The notes below the pieces were generated by a model. That model saw only the letters and a program-made list of their open reading frames with translations. It had not been told where the DNA came from and did no database searches. Source: Syntrophorhabdaceae bacterium (lineage in GTDB: Bacteria; Desulfobacterota; Syntrophorhabdia; Syntrophorhabdales; Syntrophorhabdaceae). From it: a DNA stretch of 64,000 nucleotides. Positions 9,159 to 18,603 of this stretch are shown here, piece by piece; within the stretch, counting starts at the first letter, position 1; each line of letters begins with the position of its first letter. The translations under genes were made by a program, and so were the position numbers. The DNA lies in assembly GCA_963665295.1 (NCBI GenBank), contig OY762209.1, positions 3,712,001 through 3,776,000 of the forward strand. Reading direction: 5' to 3'.

Positions 9159-10300
9159 GTTTCCCCTTTTATGGTTTGTGGCTCATCGGTCTTTTCTGCC
9201 TGCATAATAGTTTTTGTCTTCTTGAGTGAACGGCCTACTTGAGCAGAGATGTCCTTGGCGGAAAAACCCATGGACTTCAATTCGAGTACCGCTTTTGGGA
9301 AAATGTCATCGTCATAAATCTTCCAAGCACGTCTCGATATTGCATATACGGCGCCACATACATCGTACTCACTTACGACAATTCTATCGCCGAGATCTAC
9401 CCCCTGTTCTTGAAGTATTTCTCTCGTAAGCCGTATTCTCTCCCCCTCATTCTTGGCAAACTTAAACCTGCTATCCACAGCTACGATTCTGGCGCATTTT
9501 GTTTGATCGTCTTCGGAAACTTCTATATCGCCGTTGTCGTCTTCCTCGTCGTTATCGTCTGTAGCTGGAATTTGGGTTGATTTCAGGAATTGGTCATCTG
9601 ACCAGGCAGACCAGTTTCCATTCTCGTCTTGGTAGCGCATCCGGTAATAGTAGAGATAGCCGCCTGGTTCCAGTAAGTTTTCGGGGGTTCCATGGGCTAT
9701 TTTTTCATCGACAATGCCGGAATCGTAAAGAGGTTCTTCATCCCAGGTTTCCTGAAACGCAGAGCGCACCTGCCATTGAGTATGTGACACATGGTGCTCA
9801 TAATCGTCCGGAAGATCGAGGTACGACGGGTGCGTTAAGACGTAACTACAGTCATCGCACGAGGAGACAAGCAAATGATAGATCCAAAAGACAGCATTTA
9901 TGTTGGCGAAAGAGACAGGAGTCTTGCTGTGAACATATAGAAAGTAAGTGGCGACAACCAAAGGTTGTATGTCCTTTATGCCGTGGCCGAAAAAGCAAAC
10001 CATATCGTCCTTCTCCAAAGGACTATCGCAATATATAAGAGCATCAACCGGATTGCCCCCAGGGAGAATGACAGCTATTGCATCATAGGAATCTGCCTCA
10101 TTGTATATCGGCGAGCCATCGGAACCTCTTTTGAGAGGGCAACAGATGGCATCTATTGATTCATCAGAGGTCTCCAGATGATCCTTTAAGGACGACACCA
10201 CCTCGTCCAAGGCCATGTTATCCTCATAAACACGGTGGAGTAGGTAGGTTTCAAGGCGAAGAAGAATGAGTTTTCTTTCCAGAGAATCAGACTCTTCCAT
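9155..10300 (-). CDS. Accessory protein with a central Fn3-like domain and possible C-terminal HTH
   Basis: QWQVR...LYDSG...LEPGGYLYYYRMRY...WSAWS; follows the cI-like gene on the same strand. Confidence 0.6.
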   Translation of the reverse strand: MEESDSLERKLILLRLETYLLHRVYEDNMALDEVVSSLKDHLETSDESIDAICCPLKRGSDGSPIYNEADSYDAIAVILPGGNPVDALIYCDSPLEKDDMVCFFGHGIKDIQPLVVATYFLYVHSKTPVSFANINAVFWIYHLLVSSCDDCSYVLTHPSYLDLPDDYEHHVSHTQWQVRSAFQETWDEEPLYDSGIVDEKIAHGTPENLLEPGGYLYYYRMRYQDENGNWSAWSDDQFLKSTQIPATDDNDEEDDNGDIEVSEDDQTKCARIVAVDSRFKFAKNEGERIRLTREILQEQGVDLGDRIVVSEYDVCGAVYAISRRAWKIYDDDIFPKAVLELKSMGFSAKDISAQVGRSLKKTKTIMQAEKTDEPQTIKGET

Positions 10301-10371
10301 ACAGCTTCAATCCGTACATCTTCCGATATTACGGGGTGTTTCTGTTTGTATCTTTCCAAACTTCACGTAGA

Positions 10372-10935
10372 TCACGTTCCCTTCCCGGCTCTGCCTGGCT
10401 TCCCGGAAGGGTTTCCAGATCCCAAGGTTTTTTCAAGGGCTTCAATCCTTCTATTCATCTCTTTTAGGTCTTTCTGGTATTTTATGGTACGCAGGAAAGT
10501 TGCGATATTGGCTTTCAAAGAGTCTTTCGTTTCCTGGTCTTCTGATGCCATGATTTCTATGAGTTGAGGCATTACCTCTTCAAGATCAGCGGGATAGCGC
10601 GTTGGGACTGACTGGGGTGATTGCGTCCTTTCGAGAATAATGACGGGCGCTTCAAGCGTATCTGTAATGTTGGGTGGAGGAAGGTCTTGCTGCAAGGATT
10701 TCCTCTCCTCCTCGCTAAATGGAAGAACTTCGTCAGGTAAGTATTTCCACCAAGGCTGTCTCAATACGTAGGCCAATCGGAGAAGAAACTTAGTTGATAC
10801 TCCTTTCTTATCTCTGAGAAAATTACTAAATTGGACGGAGGATACGCGTGCTTGCACTGCAACTTCACAATCGTCGTAACCTGAATTATCGACATCAGCG
10901 CGAATCGATAACAGTATTTCCTTACTCAATCTCAT
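10372..10935 (-). CDS. CI-like XRE HTH repressor (no S24 peptidase motif recognised)
   Basis: N-terminal HTH (EVAVQARVSSVQFSNFLRD); divergent from a cro-like gene across operators. Confidence 0.7.
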   Translation of the reverse strand: MRLSKEILLSIRADVDNSGYDDCEVAVQARVSSVQFSNFLRDKKGVSTKFLLRLAYVLRQPWWKYLPDEVLPFSEEERKSLQQDLPPPNITDTLEAPVIILERTQSPQSVPTRYPADLEEVMPQLIEIMASEDQETKDSLKANIATFLRTIKYQKDLKEMNRRIEALEKTLGSGNPSGKPGRAGKGT

Positions 10936-10942
10936 GACTTAG

Positions 10943-11023
10943 ATAGTAAAGGGCAGCATCTGTTATGTCAATAAACTCAGGATTAAATTCTGCTTGACAT
11001 GACATTAATCTCTGGATTAAGAT
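10943..11023. promoter_or_regulatory. OR-like switch: divergent PRM/PR-like promoters and two operators
   Basis: Minus strand TTGACA(10971-10966)-N17-TACTAT; plus strand TTGACA(10994-10999)-N18-TAAGAT; operators at 10972-10985 and 11006-11019. Confidence 0.75.
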
Positions 11024-11030
11024 AAGGATT

Positions 11031-11234
11031 ATGAGACAAGTTGATATAGCGCACAAAACGGGCAAGTCATCAATGTTCATTTCGCTCTGTAGAAGAGGGA
11101 AACGGCATACCAGCGACAAATTCCTGGCCATCGAGTTAAGCAAGCTCACTGGGAAACCTCCAATAGAATTTATAAGCGAGAATTTCCGAGATGCATACCT
11201 AAAGGCATGGCCTGAATTGGGTAAGGCCGCATGA
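11031..11234 (+). CDS. Cro-like HTH protein
   Basis: 67 aa, MRQVDIAHKTGKSSMFISLCRRG; position opposite the repressor. Confidence 0.75.
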   Translation: MRQVDIAHKTGKSSMFISLCRRGKRHTSDKFLAIELSKLTGKPPIEFISENFRDAYLKAWPELGKAA

Positions 11235-11662
11235 TCCGCATAGGGCCGCCGAGGAAGTATTATGAGACACCATAGTCTTTCCAAGGCAGTAAAGCCATCG
11301 CCGCAATGTATGGTGAGCGTGGAGACACTGTCTCGAGAGTGGTGCTTTGCCTCTTTGCTGAAGGCTGGCTTAACTGGAGGCGGATATTATGAGCCATAAG
11401 TTCCTTTTATGCTTAGGCGCCGCGGTCTTCATTATTCACCAGGTTCGACTTCATCGAATGTCAATAGGAGCGAATAAGAAGTCATGACAACCCCTCCGTC
11501 ATATTGGATTTGTTGGTGCTCGCAATACCGATTCTTTCATGTGGCGGAGGGGTTGTCAAGATGTTGTGAGATTCGGTCATTGCAATGTGATATTACCTGC
11601 TTAGCACGTGTAGTTCAATCTTGGAAATTGTCTTACTACCGTCCACAGTGGAGGAAAAATAC

Positions 11663-12163
11663 GTGAAAAAACCAAAACAGATCACCATACCAAATCTGAA
11701 AGACCTCACCTATCTGCAAGCATTGACTATTGCTCACGAGTTAAGTCGTCTCTCGTATGAAGAAATAGCTGAGCGGATGGGTAAAGGGAGAGAGACGATC
11801 CATCGCTATTTCACAGACCCTGCTTATAACCCTCCCACAAGTCTCGTTCCCAAACTCTGTCGGGTGCTCGGAAACTATCTGCTCATCGAATGGCAGGCTG
11901 CGCAAGTAGATGGTTATCTGACATTTGAGACGGGTGTGACGGACCTCGGGGATGTTGTTGTGAAGATGGGAGAGCTGACCAAAGAATTTTCGGACGTGCT
12001 CAAGGAGGACGGGGAGGCTCGGAAGGATGGGGAGTATGACTCTGGCGAACTGGAACGCACGGAGCGAGAACTGGATCATCTGATAAAGAAGGGCATTGAA
12101 ACCAAGGATACAGTCAGATCAATGAGACACACTTTGGAATCGGCTAAAGTGACAGCAAGGTAG
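11663..12163 (+). CDS. CII-like phage regulatory protein
   Basis: GTG behind GGAGG; HTH EEIAERMGKGRETIHRY; acidic helical C-terminus (DGEYDSGELE). Confidence 0.65.
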   Translation: MKKPKQITIPNLKDLTYLQALTIAHELSRLSYEEIAERMGKGRETIHRYFTDPAYNPPTSLVPKLCRVLGNYLLIEWQAAQVDGYLTFETGVTDLGDVVVKMGELTKEFSDVLKEDGEARKDGEYDSGELERTERELDHLIKKGIETKDTVRSMRHTLESAKVTAR

Positions 12164-12285
12164 AGAGCGATGACGACTTGCCAGCGGGAAGCGATGAGGA
12201 TTGAAAAAGAAGCATGGGAATTAATCAGGCAGGTGGCGATCTTTATCGAGAAAGTGAATGCGACTCTAAAATGAACCCAACGAAA

Positions 12286-12987
12286 TCATTTATAGCGCTT
12301 TTCCGCGATCCTTTGGGGAAGTACGAAGGCATACTCAAGAAAGATGCGGACAAAATTGATCATCTCGTCGGCTTGTTCCACCGTGGCATTGATTTCGTGA
12401 ATGGCTTGATTACCTTCCATACGGACTTGATGTGCCCAATCGGCAAGCACTCTGGTCAAGACGCCCTTTTGATGGAGATCGTTTATCCGATCTATGAGAG
12501 TCCTTCCTTCAGCCCCCAGACTGCCAAGGGCCATTTCGAGCGTGCTGCGGCATCCAGCGACGACCATGGATGGTTCAAGGCCCTGCCTCATGTGGTCCTG
12601 AAGATTCGTAAAGAGCTTTGCCGCCCTTTCGGGGATCGCCGGATGGTCAAAAGCATGTTGCGGCTCGGGGTACTGCTTCAGGAGCTTTGGTGCCGGGCCG
12701 TTGTAACGCTTGTCGAAGCCGGCGCATTTGCGAATTTCTTCAAGTTGCGAAAATGCGCAGGAGAAAAAGAAAAGCATTGGTTGATAACAGGTTGGACAGG
12801 CAGCGGTTCCATATGCCTCCATAATGTCGCCGACAGGAACGACGCGCGTCTGAATCGCTGGCGCGGTTTTCTTCGCTTCCTGGCGTGTAAGGATTCGCGA
12901 TTCATAAAAGTGGCTGAGGGGAAACGATTCAATGTTGCCGCAGTTGGGACACTCTGTCTTGAAAAAGAACATGCGAACCTCCGCCAA
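12286..12987 (-). CDS. DUF4145/HEPN-like protein with two CxxC motifs
   Basis: CPNC, CPTC; CRSTLE...LIDRINDL...RMEGNQAIH. Confidence 0.75.
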   Translation of the reverse strand: MAEVRMFFFKTECPNCGNIESFPLSHFYESRILTRQEAKKTAPAIQTRVVPVGDIMEAYGTAACPTCYQPMLFFFSCAFSQLEEIRKCAGFDKRYNGPAPKLLKQYPEPQHAFDHPAIPERAAKLFTNLQDHMRQGLEPSMVVAGCRSTLEMALGSLGAEGRTLIDRINDLHQKGVLTRVLADWAHQVRMEGNQAIHEINATVEQADEMINFVRIFLEYAFVLPQRIAEKRYK

Positions 12988-12995
12988 GGGCGATT

Positions 12996-13235
12996 ATGAA
13001 AACATACAACGGTTTGACTTTGGTTATAAACAAGATTGACGAGATAGTCAACAGACTAAGTCCAGGCTCAGGCGTCATGCGGCTGAATCCGGACGAAGCG
13101 GGAGAGCAACTGTCCGGACTGACTCAATATACAGAAAACGTGATTCTAATCGAGGCGCTATCCAGGAGTCTCATCATCGAACACATGAGACATATGTATC
13201 ATCAGCCAAAACCCCATGACGGCGAACAAACATGA
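12996..13235 (+). CDS. Hypothetical protein
   Basis: ORF in the early right orientation. Confidence 0.4.
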   Translation: MKTYNGLTLVINKIDEIVNRLSPGSGVMRLNPDEAGEQLSGLTQYTENVILIEALSRSLIIEHMRHMYHQPKPHDGEQT

Positions 13236-13456
13236 CAGGCCACTGCTGCCCTTATTCTCACTACCCACAATGTGAAATAAGGGCTTATCCCGTACCCGTG
13301 CCGGGGTACCTCCTTTTGATGATCTCGCGCCCAGGATTGCAATTGTGGGAGGGCTTGCAATATCGGCTATCCGACAAAAAAGGTCGAAGCCTCTTCAGGA
13401 GGAAGGACGTTGAGGGGGCGAGGGGATGAAGAAATATCCCACGATGAGGAAATAAG

Positions 13457-14512
13457 GTGTCGAACCCGCAAGCCGAAGACGGCCATGTAGACATAGCGAA
13501 CGAGGTCATGGACGCTCTATGTCGGATACGAATACCGGGAGAGGCCCGGCAAATTCTTGATTTCATCATCCGGAAAACATGGGGATGGAAGAAGAAGGAG
13601 GACGCAATACCATTGAGCCAGTTTGAAAAAGGGACCGGGCTAAAGAAGACTCATGTTCTCAAAGCGGTATATAAACTCCAAGAAATGAATTTAATCATTA
13701 CCCAAAAAGGTAACGGAATCGTAAGATACGGGATTAATAAGGATTATGATAGTTGGAAACCGTTACCCAAAAAGGTAACGGAAAAAGTCAGGGTATCCAC
13801 GTTAAAGCCTTTCTGCTACATATGTGGCTTTGAAGACGCAGTAGAGCGACATCACATTATCCCCCGGAATGAAGGAGGTTCCAATAAAATCAGCAACATT
13901 GTAAGCCTATGCCCAAATTGTCATACTCTTTCCCACCGAGGAAAATATGATAGGGATATGCTGTTCCTCAAAAAGGTAACGGTTGAAAGCATTACCCAAA
14001 AAGGTAACGTGATTGAAGAAAACAGCAAAAAACCGTTACCCAAAACAGTACCCTCAAAAGACACTACAAAAGACACTACAAAAGACAAGAGCATAGGCAC
14101 AGGGGCCCCTGTGCCATGCCCGCATCAGGAAATTATTGCTTTGTATCACGAAATACTTCCAGAGCTTAACCGGGTGGTGGAGTGGACGGAAGGCAGGCAG
14201 AGCTTTCTGCGCACCAGATGGAAAGAGAAAAAGGAGCGCCAAAGCCTGGATTGGTGGCGAGGATATTTTCGCCTCGTAAGCGAATCCGACTTTCTCACGG
14301 GTAAAGCGAAGGGATTCAAAGCCGACCTGGAATGGCTTGTGCGGCCGTCGAATTTCATCAAGGTCATTGAGGGTCGCTACAAGAACAACGGGGTTGGGCC
14401 GCCAAACCAGCCGCCTGCCGCCGAGTCGGACGCAGACCGCAGACTGAGAGAAACGAGGGAGGATTATGAGCGTCGTAAAAATCGTGCATTGGAAAACACT
14501 GGTGGGGGCTGA
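13457..14512 (+). CDS. Lambda O-type replication initiator with an inserted HNH domain
   Basis: EDGHVDIANEVMDAL...IIRKTWGWKKKED N-terminus; CYIC...HHIIP...GGSN...LCPNCH; C-terminal ADLEWLVRPSNFIKVIEGRY. Confidence 0.85.
   Translation: MSNPQAEDGHVDIANEVMDALCRIRIPGEARQILDFIIRKTWGWKKKEDAIPLSQFEKGTGLKKTHVLKAVYKLQEMNLIITQKGNGIVRYGINKDYDSWKPLPKKVTEKVRVSTLKPFCYICGFEDAVERHHIIPRNEGGSNKISNIVSLCPNCHTLSHRGKYDRDMLFLKKVTVESITQKGNVIEENSKKPLPKTVPSKDTTKDTTKDKSIGTGAPVPCPHQEIIALYHEILPELNRVVEWTEGRQSFLRTRWKEKKERQSLDWWRGYFRLVSESDFLTGKAKGFKADLEWLVRPSNFIKVIEGRYKNNGVGPPNQPPAAESDADRRLRETREDYERRKNRALENTGGG
13698..14088. repeat. Replication origin iterons (G/A)TTACCCAAAAAGGTAAC, five copies, plus an A-rich 12-bp tandem repeat
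   Basis: Copies at 13698, 13762, 13963 (variant), 13991 and 14035 (variant); AAAAGACACTAC tandem at ~14056-14088. Confidence 0.8.
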
Positions 14513-14921
14513 CTTTATCAGGCAATTCGAGGATATAGAGAAGTCTATTGCTGAAAAGGAGTGGGTAGGCTTGCCCACGGAAACGATTATGAAAGACGTT
14601 CGCAAGGCGGTAGGGCCGGACATATTTGAGGAATGGGCCAAAAAACGGGCTCAGCTGAGGTTTTGCGGATACGAGATCGAAAATAAGCTTTATTACCGGA
14701 CGGGATGGTATGAACCGGGTATTGACTCAGGGGAACTGTATTTTCGGGCCATTGTCCGGGATCCCGCAGGCGCGATCCTGCAGTTCGTGAGCCTTGAATC
14801 TCACCATGCCGACCAAGACGTGGTGCGAAGGATAGACGAGCAATATTGTGAAGCCTCAAAAACAAAAACATATCGCCTGGTGAAGAATACGACGCGGGCG
14901 GTAGGGGAGATTAGAGCATGA
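14502..14921 (+). CDS. Hypothetical protein (start uncertain)
   Basis: ORF directly following the initiator. Confidence 0.45.
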   Translation: MGADFIRQFEDIEKSIAEKEWVGLPTETIMKDVRKAVGPDIFEEWAKKRAQLRFCGYEIENKLYYRTGWYEPGIDSGELYFRAIVRDPAGAILQFVSLESHHADQDVVRRIDEQYCEASKTKTYRLVKNTTRAVGEIRA

Positions 14922-15190
14922 GTGCCAAAAATACGGCGAAATTCAGGGCAATGTATGTGACCTGGAGCGCAGGATAACGGATCAACGCCGGGGATTATAC
15001 GGGATTTACAAGGGGCGTGTCGGGACCAGTGGGGGAAGCAGACCGCAAGGCCGAGGAGGATATGGAAAGATGGGAAGTGGGGTCAGATCGGAGATGAAAT
15101 TGGTAATAGAGCCAACTATTGAGGAAATTCAAATAGTTGAGTTGTTCGATAAATTCGTACAACTGAATTGGTAGGATGAAAAGGAGGAGC

Positions 15191-15613
15191 ATGGAAACGA
15201 CAAAAATGATTGGAGACTATTACCCTGGACAGTTGAGCTACCTCGGACAAAACCGCAAAGCGAATCAGCACACCGAGGAAAAAGAAATGCACGTCTGTCG
15301 GAAATGCGGTGTCGAATTCGAGCGAACTATCACATCTGCCCGCGAGTTATGCGGACTCTGCTGGAAAGAGGGCAACACCGAGACGAGGAAGAAAGCTGCC
15401 GCAGGCCTTGTGCTCATAAAGTCGGAGATCCTGCAAGAATACATGGACCGGAGGGGGAGAAACACAACCCGCATTGCGGGATTGATAGGAGTAAAGCCCC
15501 GCGCTGTGAGCGATTGGCTGAAGGGCGGCCGAGCCCGGATGTCGAGTGTGATGAAGCTGGCGGCGCTGATGGGCGTGGACGGAGAAAAGCTTATACAGGA
15601 GGAAAGCAAGTGA
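15191..15613 (+). CDS. Zn-ribbon plus XRE HTH protein
   Basis: AGGAGG RBS; CRKC..CGLC; IAGLIGVKPRAVSDWLKG. Confidence 0.65.
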   Translation: METTKMIGDYYPGQLSYLGQNRKANQHTEEKEMHVCRKCGVEFERTITSARELCGLCWKEGNTETRKKAAAGLVLIKSEILQEYMDRRGRNTTRIAGLIGVKPRAVSDWLKGGRARMSSVMKLAALMGVDGEKLIQEESK

Positions 15614-15806
15614 TAGATGATCTATCGGGTTATGAGAAAACAACGATCCCCGGGATGCTCACGTGGCACTTCGGGCGCAAGGAGGAGCGTGGGTACCGGA
15701 CGCTGTGCGGTTTGCAGCTGGTCAATCGGACTGTGGCGTATCGGGACCGGGCGTGCGTGGTGTGCCAAGCGAAGGCGCGGGAGATCAAGGAAGAGGAGGT
15801 TAGAGC

Positions 15807-16523
15807 ATGAAGATAGGCACGAAAAGCATTCTCTTCGGAGCCCACCAATTTATGATTCATCCTTGGTTCGTAGCGGCGGCATGGTGGAAGCTCTACGGGT
15901 TCCCGTGGGACCCTCGATTGTGGGTCGCATTCTTCGTTCACGATTTCGGCTATTGGGGCAGCCCCAATATGGACGGTCCCGAGGGAGAGGAACATGTGAG
16001 GTTGGGAGCGACGGTTATGGGTAGTCTCTTCGATCCGAGCAGGCCCTTTTTCATGAGACGATGGTACACGCGCCTCATCGGGAGCGTCTGCAACAAACTT
16101 TGGGGCGACGGTCAGAGGTACAACGAAGCCCCCGATCAGGCCCTGTTTACCTGGTACTGCTTCTGTTTCTACCACTCCCGGTTCATAGCGAAGAGATATA
16201 ACACGAGCGTCTCAATGCTCTGCTATGCTGACAAACTCGCTATAGCCCTTACTCCCTGGTGGCTTTATATCCCCATGACGACGCTGTCAGGAGAGATCAG
16301 AGAGTATATGGCTTTGGCCGACACAAGGACGGCTGCAGGGGAGCCTAAATACGCCTCGATGAACGTCTACAGCAGCGAAAAAAGGCAGTGGTATGCGAAT
16401 GTCCAGGAGTATCTGAGGCAGTGGGTAGAAGAACACAAGGGCGGTAAAGAGGATACCTGGACGCTGGCATCGATGTCAAGTAAACCGCAGTCTGATGCTA
16501 ATTTGTCAAGTGGAGGATTATAA
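15807..16523 (+). CDS. Phage protein with HD-like motifs
   Basis: GGAGG RBS; HQF, VHDFG, YHSR, YADKL. Confidence 0.6.
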   Translation: MKIGTKSILFGAHQFMIHPWFVAAAWWKLYGFPWDPRLWVAFFVHDFGYWGSPNMDGPEGEEHVRLGATVMGSLFDPSRPFFMRRWYTRLIGSVCNKLWGDGQRYNEAPDQALFTWYCFCFYHSRFIAKRYNTSVSMLCYADKLAIALTPWWLYIPMTTLSGEIREYMALADTRTAAGEPKYASMNVYSSEKRQWYANVQEYLRQWVEEHKGGKEDTWTLASMSSKPQSDANLSSGGL

Positions 16524-16565
16524 ACATGCAGAACTGGCAAAAAGGACAGAGAAAAGGAGAAGAAT

Positions 16566-16955
16566 ATGTGGAATAATCCAGATCCAGCGAACAAGTACAG
16601 AAACAAGCAAATAGAGGTTGACGGCATCGTCTTTGACTCGAAGAAGGAGGCGGGAGTATATCAGGACCTCAAGGAACAGAAAGCCAAGGGACACATTAAA
16701 GACTTTCGACGGCAGGTTCGTTATGAGCTTGTCCCGGCGCAATATGTCGAAAGGGAAAAGCCCAACAAAAAGGGCGTCGTGAAGCTCACGCGAGTCTGCG
16801 TAGAAAAGTCAGTCGATTATGTGGCCGATTTCGTCGTGGAGTTTCCAGATGGAGAAATAAGCGTAGTGGATCCCAAAGGGAAGAAGACGAAGGACTACGT
16901 GATTAAGCGCAAGCTGATGCGGCACGTCCACGGCATAGCGGTCAAGGAGGTATAG
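16566..16955 (+). CDS. DUF1064-family putative endonuclease
   Basis: NKYRNKQIEVDGIVFDSKKEA...YVADF...VVDPKG. Confidence 0.85.
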   Translation: MWNNPDPANKYRNKQIEVDGIVFDSKKEAGVYQDLKEQKAKGHIKDFRRQVRYELVPAQYVEREKPNKKGVVKLTRVCVEKSVDYVADFVVEFPDGEISVVDPKGKKTKDYVIKRKLMRHVHGIAVKEV

Positions 16956-17109
16956 AGCGGATGAAAATAAGGGGCACCGCCAGGCATTTTGCTGCAAGAT
17001 ATGGAGTATCGGAGACCATCAAGAAAAAGCCCGATCCGCACAAAGAAATGGACAAACCGCTTAAAGCAATTGAGTCTGGATTGCGCCATGAAACTATCAA
17101 GGTGGCGCG

Positions 17110-17538
17110 ATGAAGGAGAAGCACGAAGCTATGGCCGCAGCTCTTGCCTATCTCATGTGCCGGGAACTGTATTTGCTTGAACTTTCCGTGAATGGATATC
17201 GTCACTCTTCGGCGCCCGGACTGGAAGAGGTCATTGTGAAGAAGGAGCAAGAGATTGAGCGGGTTAGAGGTATTGTGGAGGACCTGAGCGCTGTTGATCT
17301 GGAGAAGACTACTGAAGGTGAAATCTCAATGGCCAGGGTGGTACGAGACATGGAGACCATCAAGGAGGCTATCGCGGTTCTCCTTGATGATGTTCTAAAC
17401 CGCTTAAGCGACAATCTGTTAATAGCTCAAGGGACGGACAGGCTGAATGAAGCCATGGCGAAGGTGAACAACGTAGATGATATTGTCGGGAGACTAAGGC
17501 GGGTGGCGCAGTCACAAGGAAAGGGGGATAGAACGTGA
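17110..17538 (+). CDS. Hypothetical helical protein
   Basis: ORF in operon. Confidence 0.5.
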   Translation: MKEKHEAMAAALAYLMCRELYLLELSVNGYRHSSAPGLEEVIVKKEQEIERVRGIVEDLSAVDLEKTTEGEISMARVVRDMETIKEAIAVLLDDVLNRLSDNLLIAQGTDRLNEAMAKVNNVDDIVGRLRRVAQSQGKGDRT

Positions 17539-17783
17539 TGACGAACGGTGATCCTATCATTGCCCGGGATGATGACTTACTCATCGGCCGTAAGAGAATC
17601 TTGCACTTTCTGCAATTATCCGACTGGGAGGCCGTTGTGGCCCGAATTCAGAAGGAGGGTCTTCCTGTTGAGAAGGTGTGTGGCAGGATTGAGATGAGCC
17701 TACAGAAATACCGGACATGGAGGGCTAAATTTGAGCCCGGAAAGGGAATAATCGACAGAGGGAATAGTGGTGCAAAACAGTAA
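17535..17783 (+). CDS. Small putative DNA-binding protein
   Basis: LLIGRKRILHFL...GLPVEK pattern; directly upstream of the terminase. Confidence 0.45.
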   Translation: MMTNGDPIIARDDDLLIGRKRILHFLQLSDWEAVVARIQKEGLPVEKVCGRIEMSLQKYRTWRAKFEPGKGIIDRGNSGAKQ

Positions 17784-18603
17784 GCCAAGAAAACGCCCAA
17801 AGTCATTCAAAAAGACAAAGCGCGGCCTTACGCCGAAGCAGAAACTTTTTGTCCGCGAATATCTTGTTGACATGAATGCGACCCGAGCGTATCTGCGGGC
17901 AGGGTACAAGGTGAGTGAAAAGGTAGCCGGTGCGGCGGGCCTGAGAATGTTAAAAAATGATGTGGTTTCAAAGGCTATCAACAAGTCTCTGGGGCATCGC
18001 TTGAACAAGATCGAAATCAACAACGATACCGTTCTTCAGGAGATTGCAAAATTGGCCTTCTGCAACATCCGCGATTATATCAAGATCAGGGAAGACGGCA
18101 AAGCGGATATGGACTTGTCAAGCCTGACCCGGGAGCAGGCCGCCGCGATTCAGGAACTCACGTTTGATGACGGAAAGGTTAAGTTCAAGTTGGCCGACAA
18201 GAAAGGCTCCTTGGATATGCTGGCAAAGTATCTGAAATTATTCAGTGACACATTGCCTGTGACATCAACCAGGACAGCCAAATTACTCAAAGCTGTGCTT
18301 GATGGGACGATGACAGCACGGGAAGCGGCATATAAGTTCAACATGCTCGGCCTGCCGCTGCCCGAAGTTCTGAGAATTGAACTCTCCAAAGCTCCGCCTG
18401 AGCCGCCACCACCGGACATTCCGCCCGCCATGGAAGATGCTGAGCTCGAGGAGCGTTACAGGAGGGCTCTGGAGAGGAACGAGCAGCAGACCGGGGAGTG
18501 GGTGCCGAAAAGGCAGGAAGAGGTGAAGGAAATCAAGAATGATCTGAAAGGCATCGATTCTTTCGCGCCTGGCATGGAGGGGGAGACCCGATCAGATGAG
18601 TAA
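17767..18603 (+). CDS. Terminase small subunit
   Basis: LTPKQKLFVREYLVDMNATRAYLRAGY; overlaps the large subunit gene. Confidence 0.9.
   Translation: MVQNSKPRKRPKSFKKTKRGLTPKQKLFVREYLVDMNATRAYLRAGYKVSEKVAGAAGLRMLKNDVVSKAINKSLGHRLNKIEINNDTVLQEIAKLAFCNIRDYIKIREDGKADMDLSSLTREQAAAIQELTFDDGKVKFKLADKKGSLDMLAKYLKLFSDTLPVTSTRTAKLLKAVLDGTMTAREAAYKFNMLGLPLPEVLRIELSKAPPEPPPPDIPPAMEDAELEERYRRALERNEQQTGEWVPKRQEEVKEIKNDLKGIDSFAPGMEGETRSDE

Noticed and set aside
12214..12999. 261-aa plus-strand ORF
   Set aside because: Fully overlaps the DUF4145-like gene, which has the recognisable motifs
17767..18603. P1-type pac site (clustered GATC hexamers)
   Set aside because: No such cluster visible in the small terminase gene
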